64,000 nucleotides of DNA from Wolinella sp. (lineage in GTDB: Bacteria; Campylobacterota; Campylobacteria; Campylobacterales; Helicobacteraceae). Of the stretch, positions 30,290 to 39,901 are shown piece by piece (positions within the stretch are counted from its first letter, which is position 1; every line of letters begins with the position of its first letter). The position numbers were made by a program, and so were the translations under genes. The stretch spans positions 4,703 through 68,702 of the forward strand of contig JBQMYQ010000004.1 of assembly GCA_052173415.1 (NCBI GenBank). The letters are read 5' to 3'. The notes below the pieces were generated by a model. The model made no database searches. It was given only the letters and a program-made list of their open reading frames with translations, and was not told the origin of the DNA.

Positions 30290-31352
30290 CTTCACGCTTG
30301 AGGAGCTAAAGGAGCGTTTCAAACCCGCTTTCCGCGCGAAGCAACTTTACAACTGGCTCTATCATCGCTACGAAGAAGATTTTGCTAATATGCTAAATCT
30401 CTCAAAAGAGCTACGCGATGAGCTGTCACGCGATTACTCCGCCTCTTTGACGAAAGTCATCAGAGAAGAGATCAGCAGCGATGGGAGCAGAAAATATCTT
30501 TTCCAAACTCATGACAATCTCACATTTGAGACGGTGCTCTTGAAAATGAAAGAGAAAAAGCACGACGAGAGTGGGAAAATCATCGAGGGCGAAAAATATA
30601 CCATCTGCGTCTCATCGCAAATCGGCTGTAAAGTCGGCTGTAGCTTCTGCTATACCGCTAAGGGTGGTTTTATCAGGAATCTCAGCGCGGGTGAGATTGT
30701 CTATCAGATAGTCGCGCTTAAGCGTCTAAATGCACTTGCTCCCGAAAAGCGCGTAAATATCGTCTATATGGGCATGGGCGAGCCACTGGATAATTTTGAC
30801 AATCTCACTAAAGCTATCAAAATCCTCTCCGAGCTCGACGGATTGTCTATTTCACCCAAACGTCAAACGATTTCCACAAGCGGAATCGCGCCAAAAATTA
30901 AGCAACTAGGCGAGCTTAACCTCGGAATCCAGCTCGCCATTTCGCTTCATGCCGTTGATGATGAATTGCGCTCGCGACTAATCCCGATGAATCGCGCCTA
31001 TAATATCGCGAGCATCATCGAAGCGGTGCGACGATTCCCTATTGACGCGCGGAAACGTGTGATGTTTGAATACCTCGTCATCAAAGAGGTGAATGACGAT
31101 GAAAAGAGCGCAAAAAAGCTGCTAAAACTCCTGAATAAAATCAGGTCGAAGGTTAATTTAATCTATTTCAATCCCCACGAGGGGAGCGAATTTCAACGTC
31201 CGAGCGAGAAAAAAATGATTGCTTTTCAAGAATTTTTAACTAAACATGGGCAGCTCTGCACCATACGGGAATCCAAAGGCGTGGATATCAGCGCGGCGTG
31301 CGGTCAGTTGCGAGAGAAAATCCTAAAGGAGGATCGACATGGGAATCGTTGA
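30273..31352 (+). CDS. rlmN: 23S rRNA/tRNA (adenine-C2)-methyltransferase, radical SAM
   Basis: RlmN signature ([44 protein letters not shown]). Confidence 0.9.
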   Translation: MQNIYDFTLEELKERFKPAFRAKQLYNWLYHRYEEDFANMLNLSKELRDELSRDYSASLTKVIREEISSDGSRKYLFQTHDNLTFETVLLKMKEKKHDESGKIIEGEKYTICVSSQIGCKVGCSFCYTAKGGFIRNLSAGEIVYQIVALKRLNALAPEKRVNIVYMGMGEPLDNFDNLTKAIKILSELDGLSISPKRQTISTSGIAPKIKQLGELNLGIQLAISLHAVDDELRSRLIPMNRAYNIASIIEAVRRFPIDARKRVMFEYLVIKEVNDDEKSAKKLLKLLNKIRSKVNLIYFNPHEGSEFQRPSEKKMIAFQEFLTKHGQLCTIRESKGVDISAACGQLREKILKEDRHGNR

Positions 31353-31428
31353 TTGGTTTTTGACTGTTTTTATCGCGCTAGTCGTCATCATCGGCATGGG
31401 AGCGTTTCTCTATTATGCTTACAAATAG
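31339..31428 (+). CDS. Candidate 29-aa single-TM micro-protein ([29 protein letters not shown])
   Basis: ATG sits 5 nt after AAAGGAGGA and overlaps the last 14 nt of rlmN. The peptide is almost entirely hydrophobic. It is below the ORF-track size cut-off. Confidence 0.3.
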   Translation: MGIVDWFLTVFIALVVIIGMGAFLYYAYK

Positions 31429-31461
31429 ATTTTTGATTAGGATTTGCAAAATTCTCTCGCT

Positions 31462-31498
31462 GGGATTTTTGAATTCCTGCCATGATTTTAAAAATCCC
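31462..31498 (+). terminator. Stem-loop GGGATTTTT ... AAAAATCCC (9-bp stem, 19-nt loop) after rlmN and the micro-ORF
   Basis: Read directly. Confidence 0.35.
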
Positions 31499-31608
31499 GG
31501 CACTGTTTAGGGATTTCGGATACAACTTATGCGCTAAATTTTCTCAAAATTTTCGAGATTCCTACTCTGAGATTCCCAAAATTTGAGACATGATTTCTAA
31601 ATTTAAAA

Positions 31609-32805
31609 ATGGTAGAAAAATCACACATGGAATATAAAAATAACCCGCAAAATTCACAAATTCGCTCCACAGATTCCCACATCGCGCCCAAAACCCTTTT
31701 GGTGCATATCTGTTGTAGCGTCGATTCGCACCATTTTTTGAGTGAATTGCGCGCCATGCTACCTGATACGGAGTTCATCGGCTATTTTTACAACCCTAAC
31801 ATTCACCCCCAAGAGGAATATGAGCTGCGCCTGTTTGATGTCCAGCGAAGTTGTAGAATGCTTAGAATCGCGCTAATATGGGAATCCTACGATCCGAGCG
31901 ACTGGCTGCATGAGAGTATCGGGCTAGAGCATTTTCCAGAAAAGGGCGAGCGATGTAGCTTTTGCTTTGATTTTCGCCTCGAAAAAAGCGCGCAAAAGGC
32001 GTTGGAACTCGGAGTGGACGCACTTAGCACGACACTGCTTGCAAGCCCGATGAAATCAATCGAACAGCTTTTTAGGCAAGGACGCACAATTGAAGAGCGT
32101 TTTGGCTTGCGATTCCTAGAAATTGACGTAAGGAGTAAGGGCGGGAGTGCTCGCCAGCAAAAGCTCGCTAAAGATTCCCACCTCTATCGTCAAAACTACT
32201 GCGGCTGCCTCTATGCGCTCAGCGCGCAACGTGAGCGGGCTCAAAAGCGAGCACTGGAGCTGTATTCGCCTGTTTCTAGGGCGCGCTACGATGAAGGGCT
32301 TTTTGCAAAAAGAATGGCTGCGCTAAAGGAGCGCGATCGCTTGGAGGCGGGGAATCGGGACTATTTTTGGGGCAAGGAGAAGCAACTTTTGTGGCAAAAC
32401 CTTTACACTTTGTTGCTTGATTCCCACAGGTGCTCCATACCTATCCATGTCCTCGCTCACTCCATCTGTAAGGGGAAAATTTCGCTCACGCTTGAGAGGG
32501 AGATTGAGCAGATTTTCTATTTTGATAAAGAGGGCGTGCGTGCTATCGCGCTGGAGCATTTTAACAAACTCATCCAAAAAAGCTACGCAAATATCTACGA
32601 GCTCATCTATTCGCCTCCTGCGATGAATGAGGAGCTGGAGCTGCGCAGAAAACTCGGCGATTCTCCCTTTGGGATCTCGCCGATCTTGGTTTTTGGCGCG
32701 ATTCCCCGTGTGGGCGATTCCTACAAATTGACGCTCCACTCCCTCTTTCAAGAGGAAAATATCGAAAAAATATGGGAAATTAAAAAATATTCTTATAATT
32801 TTTAG
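31609..32805 (+). CDS. queH: Epoxyqueuosine reductase QueH (DUF208) with a ~190-aa C-terminal extension of unknown function
   Basis: The N-terminal half carries the DUF208 Cys pattern (LLVHICCSVDS .. ERCSFCFDFRL .. YRQNYCGCLYA). The C-terminal half is not recognised. Confidence 0.7.
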   Translation: MVEKSHMEYKNNPQNSQIRSTDSHIAPKTLLVHICCSVDSHHFLSELRAMLPDTEFIGYFYNPNIHPQEEYELRLFDVQRSCRMLRIALIWESYDPSDWLHESIGLEHFPEKGERCSFCFDFRLEKSAQKALELGVDALSTTLLASPMKSIEQLFRQGRTIEERFGLRFLEIDVRSKGGSARQQKLAKDSHLYRQNYCGCLYALSAQRERAQKRALELYSPVSRARYDEGLFAKRMAALKERDRLEAGNRDYFWGKEKQLLWQNLYTLLLDSHRCSIPIHVLAHSICKGKISLTLEREIEQIFYFDKEGVRAIALEHFNKLIQKSYANIYELIYSPPAMNEELELRRKLGDSPFGISPILVFGAIPRVGDSYKLTLHSLFQEENIEKIWEIKKYSYNF

Positions 32806-32864
32806 ATAATTTTTGCTAGAATCAGTAGCAATCGTAAATATAATATATACACAAGGTTCGATGA

Positions 32865-33320
32865 ATGCTATATGACGTGCAAAAGATAAAAGAGTTCCTC
32901 CCCCATCGATTCCCGTTTTTGCTCGTAGATCGCGTTACTGCGCTCACTCTTGGAGAGAGTATCGAGGCGTATAAAAATATTACGATTAATGAGGAGATTT
33001 TTCAGGGGCATTTCCCCGTGAAGCCCGTCTATCCCGGCGTAATGGTGATTGAAGGTATGGCACAAGCGGGTGGGGTTCTCGCTTTTGTAAGCATGTTTGG
33101 CGAGGAAGCGACCAACAAAGAGGATAAGATTGTCTATTTTATGAGCATTGATCGAGCTAAGTTCCGCGTGCCTGTCGTCCCAGGCGATAGACTCGTGTAT
33201 CGCCTAAGCGTCCTAAAACAAAAAGGGGGCATTTGGGTGCTAGATGGGCGAGCTTATGTCGATGACAAGCTCGTAGCAGAGGCTGAGCTCAAAGCGATGG
33301 TCGCGGATAAGGAAAAGTAG
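32865..33320 (+). CDS. fabZ: 3-hydroxyacyl-ACP dehydratase
   Basis: FabZ hot-dog motif (LPHRFPFLLVDRV, FQGHFP..PVYPGVMVIEGMAQ). Confidence 0.95.
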   Translation: MLYDVQKIKEFLPHRFPFLLVDRVTALTLGESIEAYKNITINEEIFQGHFPVKPVYPGVMVIEGMAQAGGVLAFVSMFGEEATNKEDKIVYFMSIDRAKFRVPVVPGDRLVYRLSVLKQKGGIWVLDGRAYVDDKLVAEAELKAMVADKEK

Positions 33321-33322
33321 CC

Positions 33323-34117
33323 TTGAAAAATATAGCTCCAACTGCCATTGTAGAGGAAGGGGCAAAAATCGCCGATAACGTAGAAATCGGTCATTTTTGC
33401 TTCATCGGCGCGAAAGTTCAAATAGGTGAGGGCACAAAGCTCCACAATAACGTAACTATCACGGGTAAAACCACGCTAGGAAAGGGAAATACGGTATTCC
33501 CTGGCACGGTTTTAGGCACGCAACCACAGGATTTAAAATATGCGGGTGAGGAGACGGAGCTAATCATCGGTGAGGGGAATCTTATCCGCGAGTATGCGAT
33601 GTTCAACCCCGGGACAGTGGGAGATTCCGCGAAGACAATCATCGGTAGCGGGAATCTATTCATGGCATACACGCATGTGGCACACGATTGTGTGGTAGGC
33701 GATCAATGTATCCTTGCAAACGGAGCAACACTAGGTGGACACGTCCATATCGGGAATCGTGTCAATGTCGGCGGACTCACACCCATACATCAGTTTGTTC
33801 ATGTTGGAGATTATGCGATGATCGCGGGAGCTAGCGCACTCTCACAGGATATTCCTCCCTTTTGCATGGCAGAGGGGAATCGAGCGATCATTCGCGGTCT
33901 CAATCGCCACCGCCTCCGACAGGTATTCACGCGAGAAGAGATCGACCGACTCTATTCGCTATACAGACGGCTGTTTTCGGGTTCCGCTCCAATTAAAGAG
34001 ATCGCCCAAGAAGAGCTGGATAAAAATGCCGGAGGTGACGCAAATGTCGAATACATGTGTCGCTTTATCCTAGATTCCAAGCGGGGGATTCCTTTTTTGA
34101 GGGGCTCTAATGAGTAG
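33323..34117 (+). CDS. lpxA: UDP-N-acetylglucosamine O-acyltransferase
   Basis: Hexapeptide repeats plus the LpxA C-terminal helical domain. Sits in the fabZ-lpxA arrangement. TTG start. Confidence 0.9.
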   Translation: MKNIAPTAIVEEGAKIADNVEIGHFCFIGAKVQIGEGTKLHNNVTITGKTTLGKGNTVFPGTVLGTQPQDLKYAGEETELIIGEGNLIREYAMFNPGTVGDSAKTIIGSGNLFMAYTHVAHDCVVGDQCILANGATLGGHVHIGNRVNVGGLTPIHQFVHVGDYAMIAGASALSQDIPPFCMAEGNRAIIRGLNRHRLRQVFTREEIDRLYSLYRRLFSGSAPIKEIAQEELDKNAGGDANVEYMCRFILDSKRGIPFLRGSNE

Positions 34118-35360
34118 TCATCAATGCAGCTTTTGTAACGCAAAAGAGAGTCCCAAAAATCCCCTCATCGCAGGGAATGGCGTCTATATTTGTAAAAATT
34201 GTATCGTCGGTGCTTATAAAATCCTCTTTGAAGCCATAGAGACGCAGAGTGAAAACGCACTAGAGGGGGAATCGGGCTCTTTACAGGTGATCCCCTCACC
34301 AAAAGAGCTCAAGAGTGCGCTAGATGAGTATGTCATCGGGCAAGAGCGCGCCAAAAAGGTCTTCTCGGTGGCGATTTACAATCACTATAAGAGGATTTTC
34401 AAAAATCACTCCGATGCCGATGAGACGGAAATTTCAAAATCCAATATCCTTCTCATCGGTCCTACGGGAAGTGGCAAGACACTTATGGCGCAGACCTTGG
34501 CTCGATTCCTTGATGTTCCTATCGCGATATGCGACGCGACGAGCCTCACGGAGGCGGGTTATGTGGGCGAAGATGTGGAGAATATCCTTACGCGCCTGCT
34601 CCAAGCCGCGAATGGAGATCTTAAAAGAGCCGAGCGAGGAATCGTGTTTATTGATGAGATTGACAAGATCTCTCGCTTGTCGGAGAATCGTTCTATTACG
34701 CGCGATGTCTCAGGCGAGGGAGTTCAGCAGGCACTCCTTAAAATCATTGAGGGTAGTATTGTCAATATTCCGCCAAAAGGCGGGCGAAAGCACCCAAATC
34801 AAGAGTTTATTCAGATGGATACTAGCCAGATTCTCTTTGTTTGCGGCGGAGCATTTGATGGTATGAATGGGCTCATTAAGCGGAGAATCGGTGGCAATAG
34901 TCTAGGATTCCACAGCAATAAGCGAGGCAAAAGCGAAGAAAGCAAGTTGCTTCACATGGTCGAACCCGATGATTTGGTAAGTTATGGGCTAATTCCTGAG
35001 CTTATCGGGCGACTTCACGTTATTACCACGCTTGATGAAATCACTAAAGAGGCAATGATACAGATTCTTACCGCGCCCAAAAATGCACTGGTCAAGCAGT
35101 ATCAAAAGCTATTCGCACTTGATGATTCCACGCTTAGCTTTGAGCCAGATGCGCTTAGTGCGATTGCCGAGCTTGCAATCAAGAGGAAAACGGGTGCAAG
35201 GGGCTTGCGCGCAATCTTAGAAGAGGTCACGCTTGATCTGATGTATGACCTCCCCGAACTCAAAGATTATGAGATTATCATCACCAAAGAGTGTGTCCAA
35301 GATCCAAAAGTCAAACCCCTGTTAATTAAAAAGAAAAAAGGCAGCAAAAATACTGCCTAA
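34110..35360 (+). CDS. clpX: ATP-dependent Clp protease ATP-binding subunit ClpX
   Basis: Zinc-binding N-domain (CSFC..C..C) and AAA+ core ([29 protein letters not shown]). Confidence 0.95.
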   Translation: MSSHQCSFCNAKESPKNPLIAGNGVYICKNCIVGAYKILFEAIETQSENALEGESGSLQVIPSPKELKSALDEYVIGQERAKKVFSVAIYNHYKRIFKNHSDADETEISKSNILLIGPTGSGKTLMAQTLARFLDVPIAICDATSLTEAGYVGEDVENILTRLLQAANGDLKRAERGIVFIDEIDKISRLSENRSITRDVSGEGVQQALLKIIEGSIVNIPPKGGRKHPNQEFIQMDTSQILFVCGGAFDGMNGLIKRRIGGNSLGFHSNKRGKSEESKLLHMVEPDDLVSYGLIPELIGRLHVITTLDEITKEAMIQILTAPKNALVKQYQKLFALDDSTLSFEPDALSAIAELAIKRKTGARGLRAILEEVTLDLMYDLPELKDYEIIITKECVQDPKVKPLLIKKKKGSKNTA

Positions 35361-35385
35361 GCACTCCATTGTAAAGGTTTAACAC

Positions 35386-36420
35386 ATGATACTTGATAAA
35401 GTTGTCGGTCTCTTTTCTCACGACTTAGCCATCGACCTAGGCACAGCCAATACCATCGTGCTCGCAAAAGGGCAGGGAATTATCATCAATGAGCCCTCCG
35501 TAGTCGCTGTGCATGAGAACAAATACGGCAAAAGCGAGATTCTTGCCGTGGGCAAAGAGGCTAAAGAGATGGTAGGTAGAACCCCGGGAGGTGTTAAAGC
35601 AAAACGCCCAATGAAAGATGGTGTCATCGCAGATTTTGACATGACTGAGCGCATGATTCGTCGCTTCATTGAGAAAGCACATAAGCGCAGTTCTCTCATG
35701 CGTCCGCGCATTGTTGTTTGTGTTCCTTATGGTCTCACAGGTGTGGAGCGCAAAGCTGTGCGGGAATCGGCGATGAGTGCGGGTGCGCGGGAAGTCTTTT
35801 TAATAGAGGAGCCCATGGCAGCAGCGATTGGTGCAGGATTGCCCGTAAATGAACCGAGAGGAAACTTGGTCATTGATATTGGTGGGGGCACGACGGAAAT
35901 TGGCGTCGTCTCGCTAGGTGGGCTTGTGAAAAGTAGTTCCATACGCACCGCTGGAGATAAGCTTGATACAGCCATAGTAGATTATGCAAAACGCAAATAT
36001 AACCTAATTATCAGCGAACGGACGGGTGAAGAGATTAAAATTGAGATCGGTTCAGCAGTGAGCCTCGAGGAGCCCTTATCCATGCAAGTTAAAGGGCGTG
36101 ACCAAGTGCGTGGTCTGCCAAGTACTGTCAAATTTACTAGCGAAGATGTGCGAGAGGCAATGAAAGAGCCACTCAGAGAGATTAGTGATAGTTTAAAAAA
36201 TATCCTGGAGGACATACTTCCTGATCTTGCAGGTGATATTGTCGAGAATGGGATCGTCCTGACTGGCGGTGGTGCGCTCATTAGAGGACTAGATAAATAC
36301 CTCTCCCAGGAGGTTGGGTTGCCTGTTTTTGTTGCCGAAGAGCCATTGCTTGCTGTTGCAAAGGGCACAGGCAAAGCCTTAGAAGAGATTGACATACTCC
36401 AACAATTAGCTTACGAGTAA
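35386..36420 (+). CDS. mreB: Rod-shape determining protein MreB
   Basis: Actin-fold motifs (DLGTANT, VIDIGGGTTEI, VLTGGGALIRGLD). Confidence 0.95.
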   Translation: MILDKVVGLFSHDLAIDLGTANTIVLAKGQGIIINEPSVVAVHENKYGKSEILAVGKEAKEMVGRTPGGVKAKRPMKDGVIADFDMTERMIRRFIEKAHKRSSLMRPRIVVCVPYGLTGVERKAVRESAMSAGAREVFLIEEPMAAAIGAGLPVNEPRGNLVIDIGGGTTEIGVVSLGGLVKSSSIRTAGDKLDTAIVDYAKRKYNLIISERTGEEIKIEIGSAVSLEEPLSMQVKGRDQVRGLPSTVKFTSEDVREAMKEPLREISDSLKNILEDILPDLAGDIVENGIVLTGGGALIRGLDKYLSQEVGLPVFVAEEPLLAVAKGTGKALEEIDILQQLAYE

Positions 36421-36429
36421 GCCTATTAA

Positions 36430-37230
36430 ATGGTTCAAAAATCACTACTTTGGTTAATCTTCATCGCACTAGTCTTTATCATATCACTTGGACTTGGTAG
36501 TGAGATCCATCCACGCCTCCTCTACCTAAGCGATGCAATGAAGGTGGGATTCCTTAATGCCCGTGAGGGAATCACGCGCTCCGTGCATAGACATTTCGAC
36601 CAAGCAGATGAGATCCACCGTTTAAGCGAAGAAGTAAAAGACAAAGAGAAGCTTCAAGGCACGATTATCGCGCTTGATTCCGAGCTTAAGCGTCTTTTGG
36701 GTGCTTTCAATTCCCGCCTCAAAGTCCCTTTCCCTGATATTCATCTTGTGCGCACGCTATCCTATGCAGAGATCGGCGACTATCATAAGGTATGGCTCGA
36801 ACATGATCTTGAGGATTTCCCTCGCGACAAAATCTATGGGCTAATCAAAGATGGCTTCGCCGTGGGAATCGTAGTCAATCGTCAAGGGCGTGCGATGGGG
36901 CTACTCAATGGCGACGAACAGTGCAGTTACAGCGTATTTGTTGGCGAGGGCAGAGCTCCGGGAATCATCAGGGCTCCAGAAAATGGAAAAATCATCGCGG
37001 ACTTTATCCCCTCATGGATCGACGTAAAAGAGGGCGATGAGGTCATCACAAGCGGGCTTGATGGGATTTTTTTTGAAAATCTCAAAGTCGGGCGCATAAA
37101 TTCCATACATCAAAGACAAGGTTATTTCATCGCCGAGCTCACTCCTTATGTCGATGTGCTTCACCCCCGCTACTTTTGGCTTGTTGATACGCGCACACTG
37201 ACCCCACCTATGGCACTACGAAAAGATTAG
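36430..37230 (+). CDS. mreC: Rod-shape determining protein MreC
   Basis: N-terminal TM helix, coiled coil, and a C-terminal beta domain (VITSGLDGIFF). Immediately downstream of mreB. Confidence 0.8.
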   Translation: MVQKSLLWLIFIALVFIISLGLGSEIHPRLLYLSDAMKVGFLNAREGITRSVHRHFDQADEIHRLSEEVKDKEKLQGTIIALDSELKRLLGAFNSRLKVPFPDIHLVRTLSYAEIGDYHKVWLEHDLEDFPRDKIYGLIKDGFAVGIVVNRQGRAMGLLNGDEQCSYSVFVGEGRAPGIIRAPENGKIIADFIPSWIDVKEGDEVITSGLDGIFFENLKVGRINSIHQRQGYFIAELTPYVDVLHPRYFWLVDTRTLTPPMALRKD

Positions 37231-37318
37231 CGACATATTAAAGCTCTTTAAGTTTTACTTCACTTTTTAGAGCTCCTTTGAGCTATAATCTCCCAATCCA
37301 AGCTGATAAGGAGATTTT

Positions 37319-38392
37319 ATGGATCTATACGAGGATTTACAGCGTCTAAGCACTAGAATAGCAGGCATCAAAGTTTCCGTGCAAAGTGAAGAAGCCACAA
37401 AGCACTCATTTGTTATGCCGTTTTTTCAACTTTTAGGCTATGACATATTCGACCCGACCGTTGTCGTGCCCGAATTTACCGCCGATGTGGGAATTAAAAA
37501 AGGAGAGAAAGTCGATTATGCCATCATGCACGAGGGCAAGCCACTCATCATTGTAGAGGTCAAAAAGCATACTGAAGTGCTAGATAAGCATTCAAGCCAG
37601 CTGTATCGATATTTCAGTGCTACGGACGCTAAATTCGCGCTCCTGACCAATGGCGTGGAATATCGCTTTTATTCTGACATAAACAAAGAAAATAAACTCG
37701 ATGATAGTCCATTCCTTGTTGTGAATCTTGATGAGCTCAATAAGCGTGATACAAAGGCACTTGAACGCTTCACAAAAAGCGATCTAAACGTCAATGCGAT
37801 ACTTGAAATGGCAAATAAGCAACGCTACATCCTAGAGATTAAAAAGATATTTGAAGAAGAGACTGCTAAGCCTAGTGATGATTTGGCTGGAATTTTTGCT
37901 CGCAGAATATTACCGCAGGGAGCTCGCATGACAGGAAGTGTATTGGAGCAGTTTAAGACCTATACAAAATCCGCCCTGAATGAGATAGTAGTCGATCTGG
38001 CATCAAAAAAGATAAATTCTTTGCGAGCAGGATTAACAGCAAATATAACGAATGAGAGTGAAGATAGCAGCGAAAATGAAAACAAAATTGTAACTACAGA
38101 GGAAGAGTTACAGGGCTTTTTCATTGTAAAATCAATACTCGGCGAGTATATGGAGCTTGATAAAATTTATGCGAGAGACACAAAGAGCTATTTTGGCATA
38201 CTGTTTGATGATAATAACCGTAAGTGGATAGCTAGACTGCACTTTAACACGGCAAATAAGCACATTGGCATTCACGAAGTAGAGAAGCAAGAGACAAAAT
38301 ATCCACTTGAAAAGCTTGAAGATATTTATAAGCTTAGGGACAGACTCATCGCCACAGCCAAGAGAGTCCAAGGTGCAAAAAGCGCAGAATAA
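37319..38392 (+). CDS. HsdR-N-terminal-domain (PD-(D/E)xK nuclease fold) protein, orphan
   Basis: The N-terminal ~130 aa match the type I restriction HsdR N-terminal pattern (EEATKHSFVMPFFQLLGY .. KVDYAI..PLIIVEVKK .. ALLTNGVEYRFY). The gene has visibly lower GC than its neighbours. Confidence 0.6.
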   Translation: MDLYEDLQRLSTRIAGIKVSVQSEEATKHSFVMPFFQLLGYDIFDPTVVVPEFTADVGIKKGEKVDYAIMHEGKPLIIVEVKKHTEVLDKHSSQLYRYFSATDAKFALLTNGVEYRFYSDINKENKLDDSPFLVVNLDELNKRDTKALERFTKSDLNVNAILEMANKQRYILEIKKIFEEETAKPSDDLAGIFARRILPQGARMTGSVLEQFKTYTKSALNEIVVDLASKKINSLRAGLTANITNESEDSSENENKIVTTEEELQGFFIVKSILGEYMELDKIYARDTKSYFGILFDDNNRKWIARLHFNTANKHIGIHEVEKQETKYPLEKLEDIYKLRDRLIATAKRVQGAKSAE

Positions 38393-38436
38393 AAGATACT
38401 TTCATGCTCGCCAGATGAAGAGCGACGTAAATTAAA

Positions 38437-39708
38437 TCAAAGTCGCGCGTCGACCTCTTCTTTAGGCAAAATTCCCTTAATATCATAGACCACACCATTA
38501 GGCGCTTTGAGCGTGCTCACACTTATGGACTTAAACTCTTCATGCGCCACCGCAAGGAGTATCGCTCCATACCCTCCCTCGCACTTCATCTCATCACCGC
38601 GCTTGAGTGCGATTCCATAGACGCGCTCCACTTCGCTTGATTCCGCCCAAGGGTCATACACATCGACTTCACAGCCAAATTCACGCAATTCAGAGACAAT
38701 ATCAATCACGCGGGAGTTGCGAATATCAGGGCAATTCTCCTTAAAGGTAATCCCCAAAATAAGCACGCGCGCATGCTCGATTCTCTGCCCCTTTTTTATC
38801 ATCAGCTTCACAAGCTTATTTGCGACAAAGATTCCCATGTTGTCATTAATCCGTCGCCCCGCAAGAATCACCTGCGAATGATAACCCAGCGACTGCGCCT
38901 TGTGTGTGAGATAGTAGGGATCGACGCTGATACAGTGCCCGCCCACTAGCCCCGGAGTAAAAGGGAGAAAATTCCATTTCGTCGCGCTCGCTTTAAGCAC
39001 CTCGAGCGTGTCGATTCCCATACGTTCAAAAATCATCGCCAGCTCATTGACAAAGGCGATATTGATATCGCGCTGGGCGTTCTCAATCACCTTAGCGGCT
39101 TCGGCGACCTTGATACTGCTCGCCCTATGCGTGCCCGCCGTGATGATCGTGCGATAAAGTGCATCGACCTCCATAGCCGTCTCGGGCGTGCTTCCGCTTG
39201 TTACTTTTTTTATATCAGGGAGGCGACGCTCCTTATCCCCGGGATTAATGCGCTCGGGTGAATATCCGCAGAAAAAATCGACATTGTATTGGAGCGCGCT
39301 CTCGCGCTCCAAAATGGGCACGCAATCCTCCTCCGTGCAGCCGGGATAGACCGTGCTCTCATAGATGACAATATCCCCTTTTTTGAGCACTTTCCCCACG
39401 CTCTCGCTCGCTTTTAGGAGCGGTGTCAAATCGGGATTATTGTAAGAATCAATCGGAGTAGGGACGGTAATGATATAAATTTGCGCCTCTTTGATTGCAT
39501 TAAGCTCACTAGTTAGTCTCAGATTCCCGCTATTGTGCGCTGAGCCTAGCTCCTCTTTGCTCACCTCAAGCGTATGGTCATAGGCATTTTGCAGCTCTGC
39601 AATCCGCGAGGCATTGATGTCAAATCCCCACACCTTAAAGTGCTTTGCAAACTCCACCGCCAGTGGCAACCCAACATATCCAAGCCCGATAATTGCAATG
39701 CTTTTCAC
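38437..39708 (-). CDS. Nucleotide-sugar 6-dehydrogenase (TviB/WbpO/Cap5O-like UDP-N-acetyl-hexosamine dehydrogenase)
   Basis: Rossmann N-terminus (IAIIGLGYVGLPLAVEF) and catalytic Cys context (PGLVGGHCISVDPYYL). 423 aa. Confidence 0.8.
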   Translation of the reverse strand: MKSIAIIGLGYVGLPLAVEFAKHFKVWGFDINASRIAELQNAYDHTLEVSKEELGSAHNSGNLRLTSELNAIKEAQIYIITVPTPIDSYNNPDLTPLLKASESVGKVLKKGDIVIYESTVYPGCTEEDCVPILERESALQYNVDFFCGYSPERINPGDKERRLPDIKKVTSGSTPETAMEVDALYRTIITAGTHRASSIKVAEAAKVIENAQRDINIAFVNELAMIFERMGIDTLEVLKASATKWNFLPFTPGLVGGHCISVDPYYLTHKAQSLGYHSQVILAGRRINDNMGIFVANKLVKLMIKKGQRIEHARVLILGITFKENCPDIRNSRVIDIVSELREFGCEVDVYDPWAESSEVERVYGIALKRGDEMKCEGGYGAILLAVAHEEFKSISVSTLKAPNGVVYDIKGILPKEEVDARL

Positions 39709-39901
39709 TCTCTTGCCTTTTAAAAAGTTTCACGTGAATCAAAACCCGCGCCGCGCCACGAAAGAATCCTTGCGAAGAATCGTCCCCAAAAACCCTAATA
39801 GTCCTTTAAAAGCTTTAACAATGCACGACTCCGTCTCGCTTTCCTTACACACGCAATATCGGCAAATTTAAACGCTCGCCAAAGCAAGCGCGGGAATCGC
39901 C

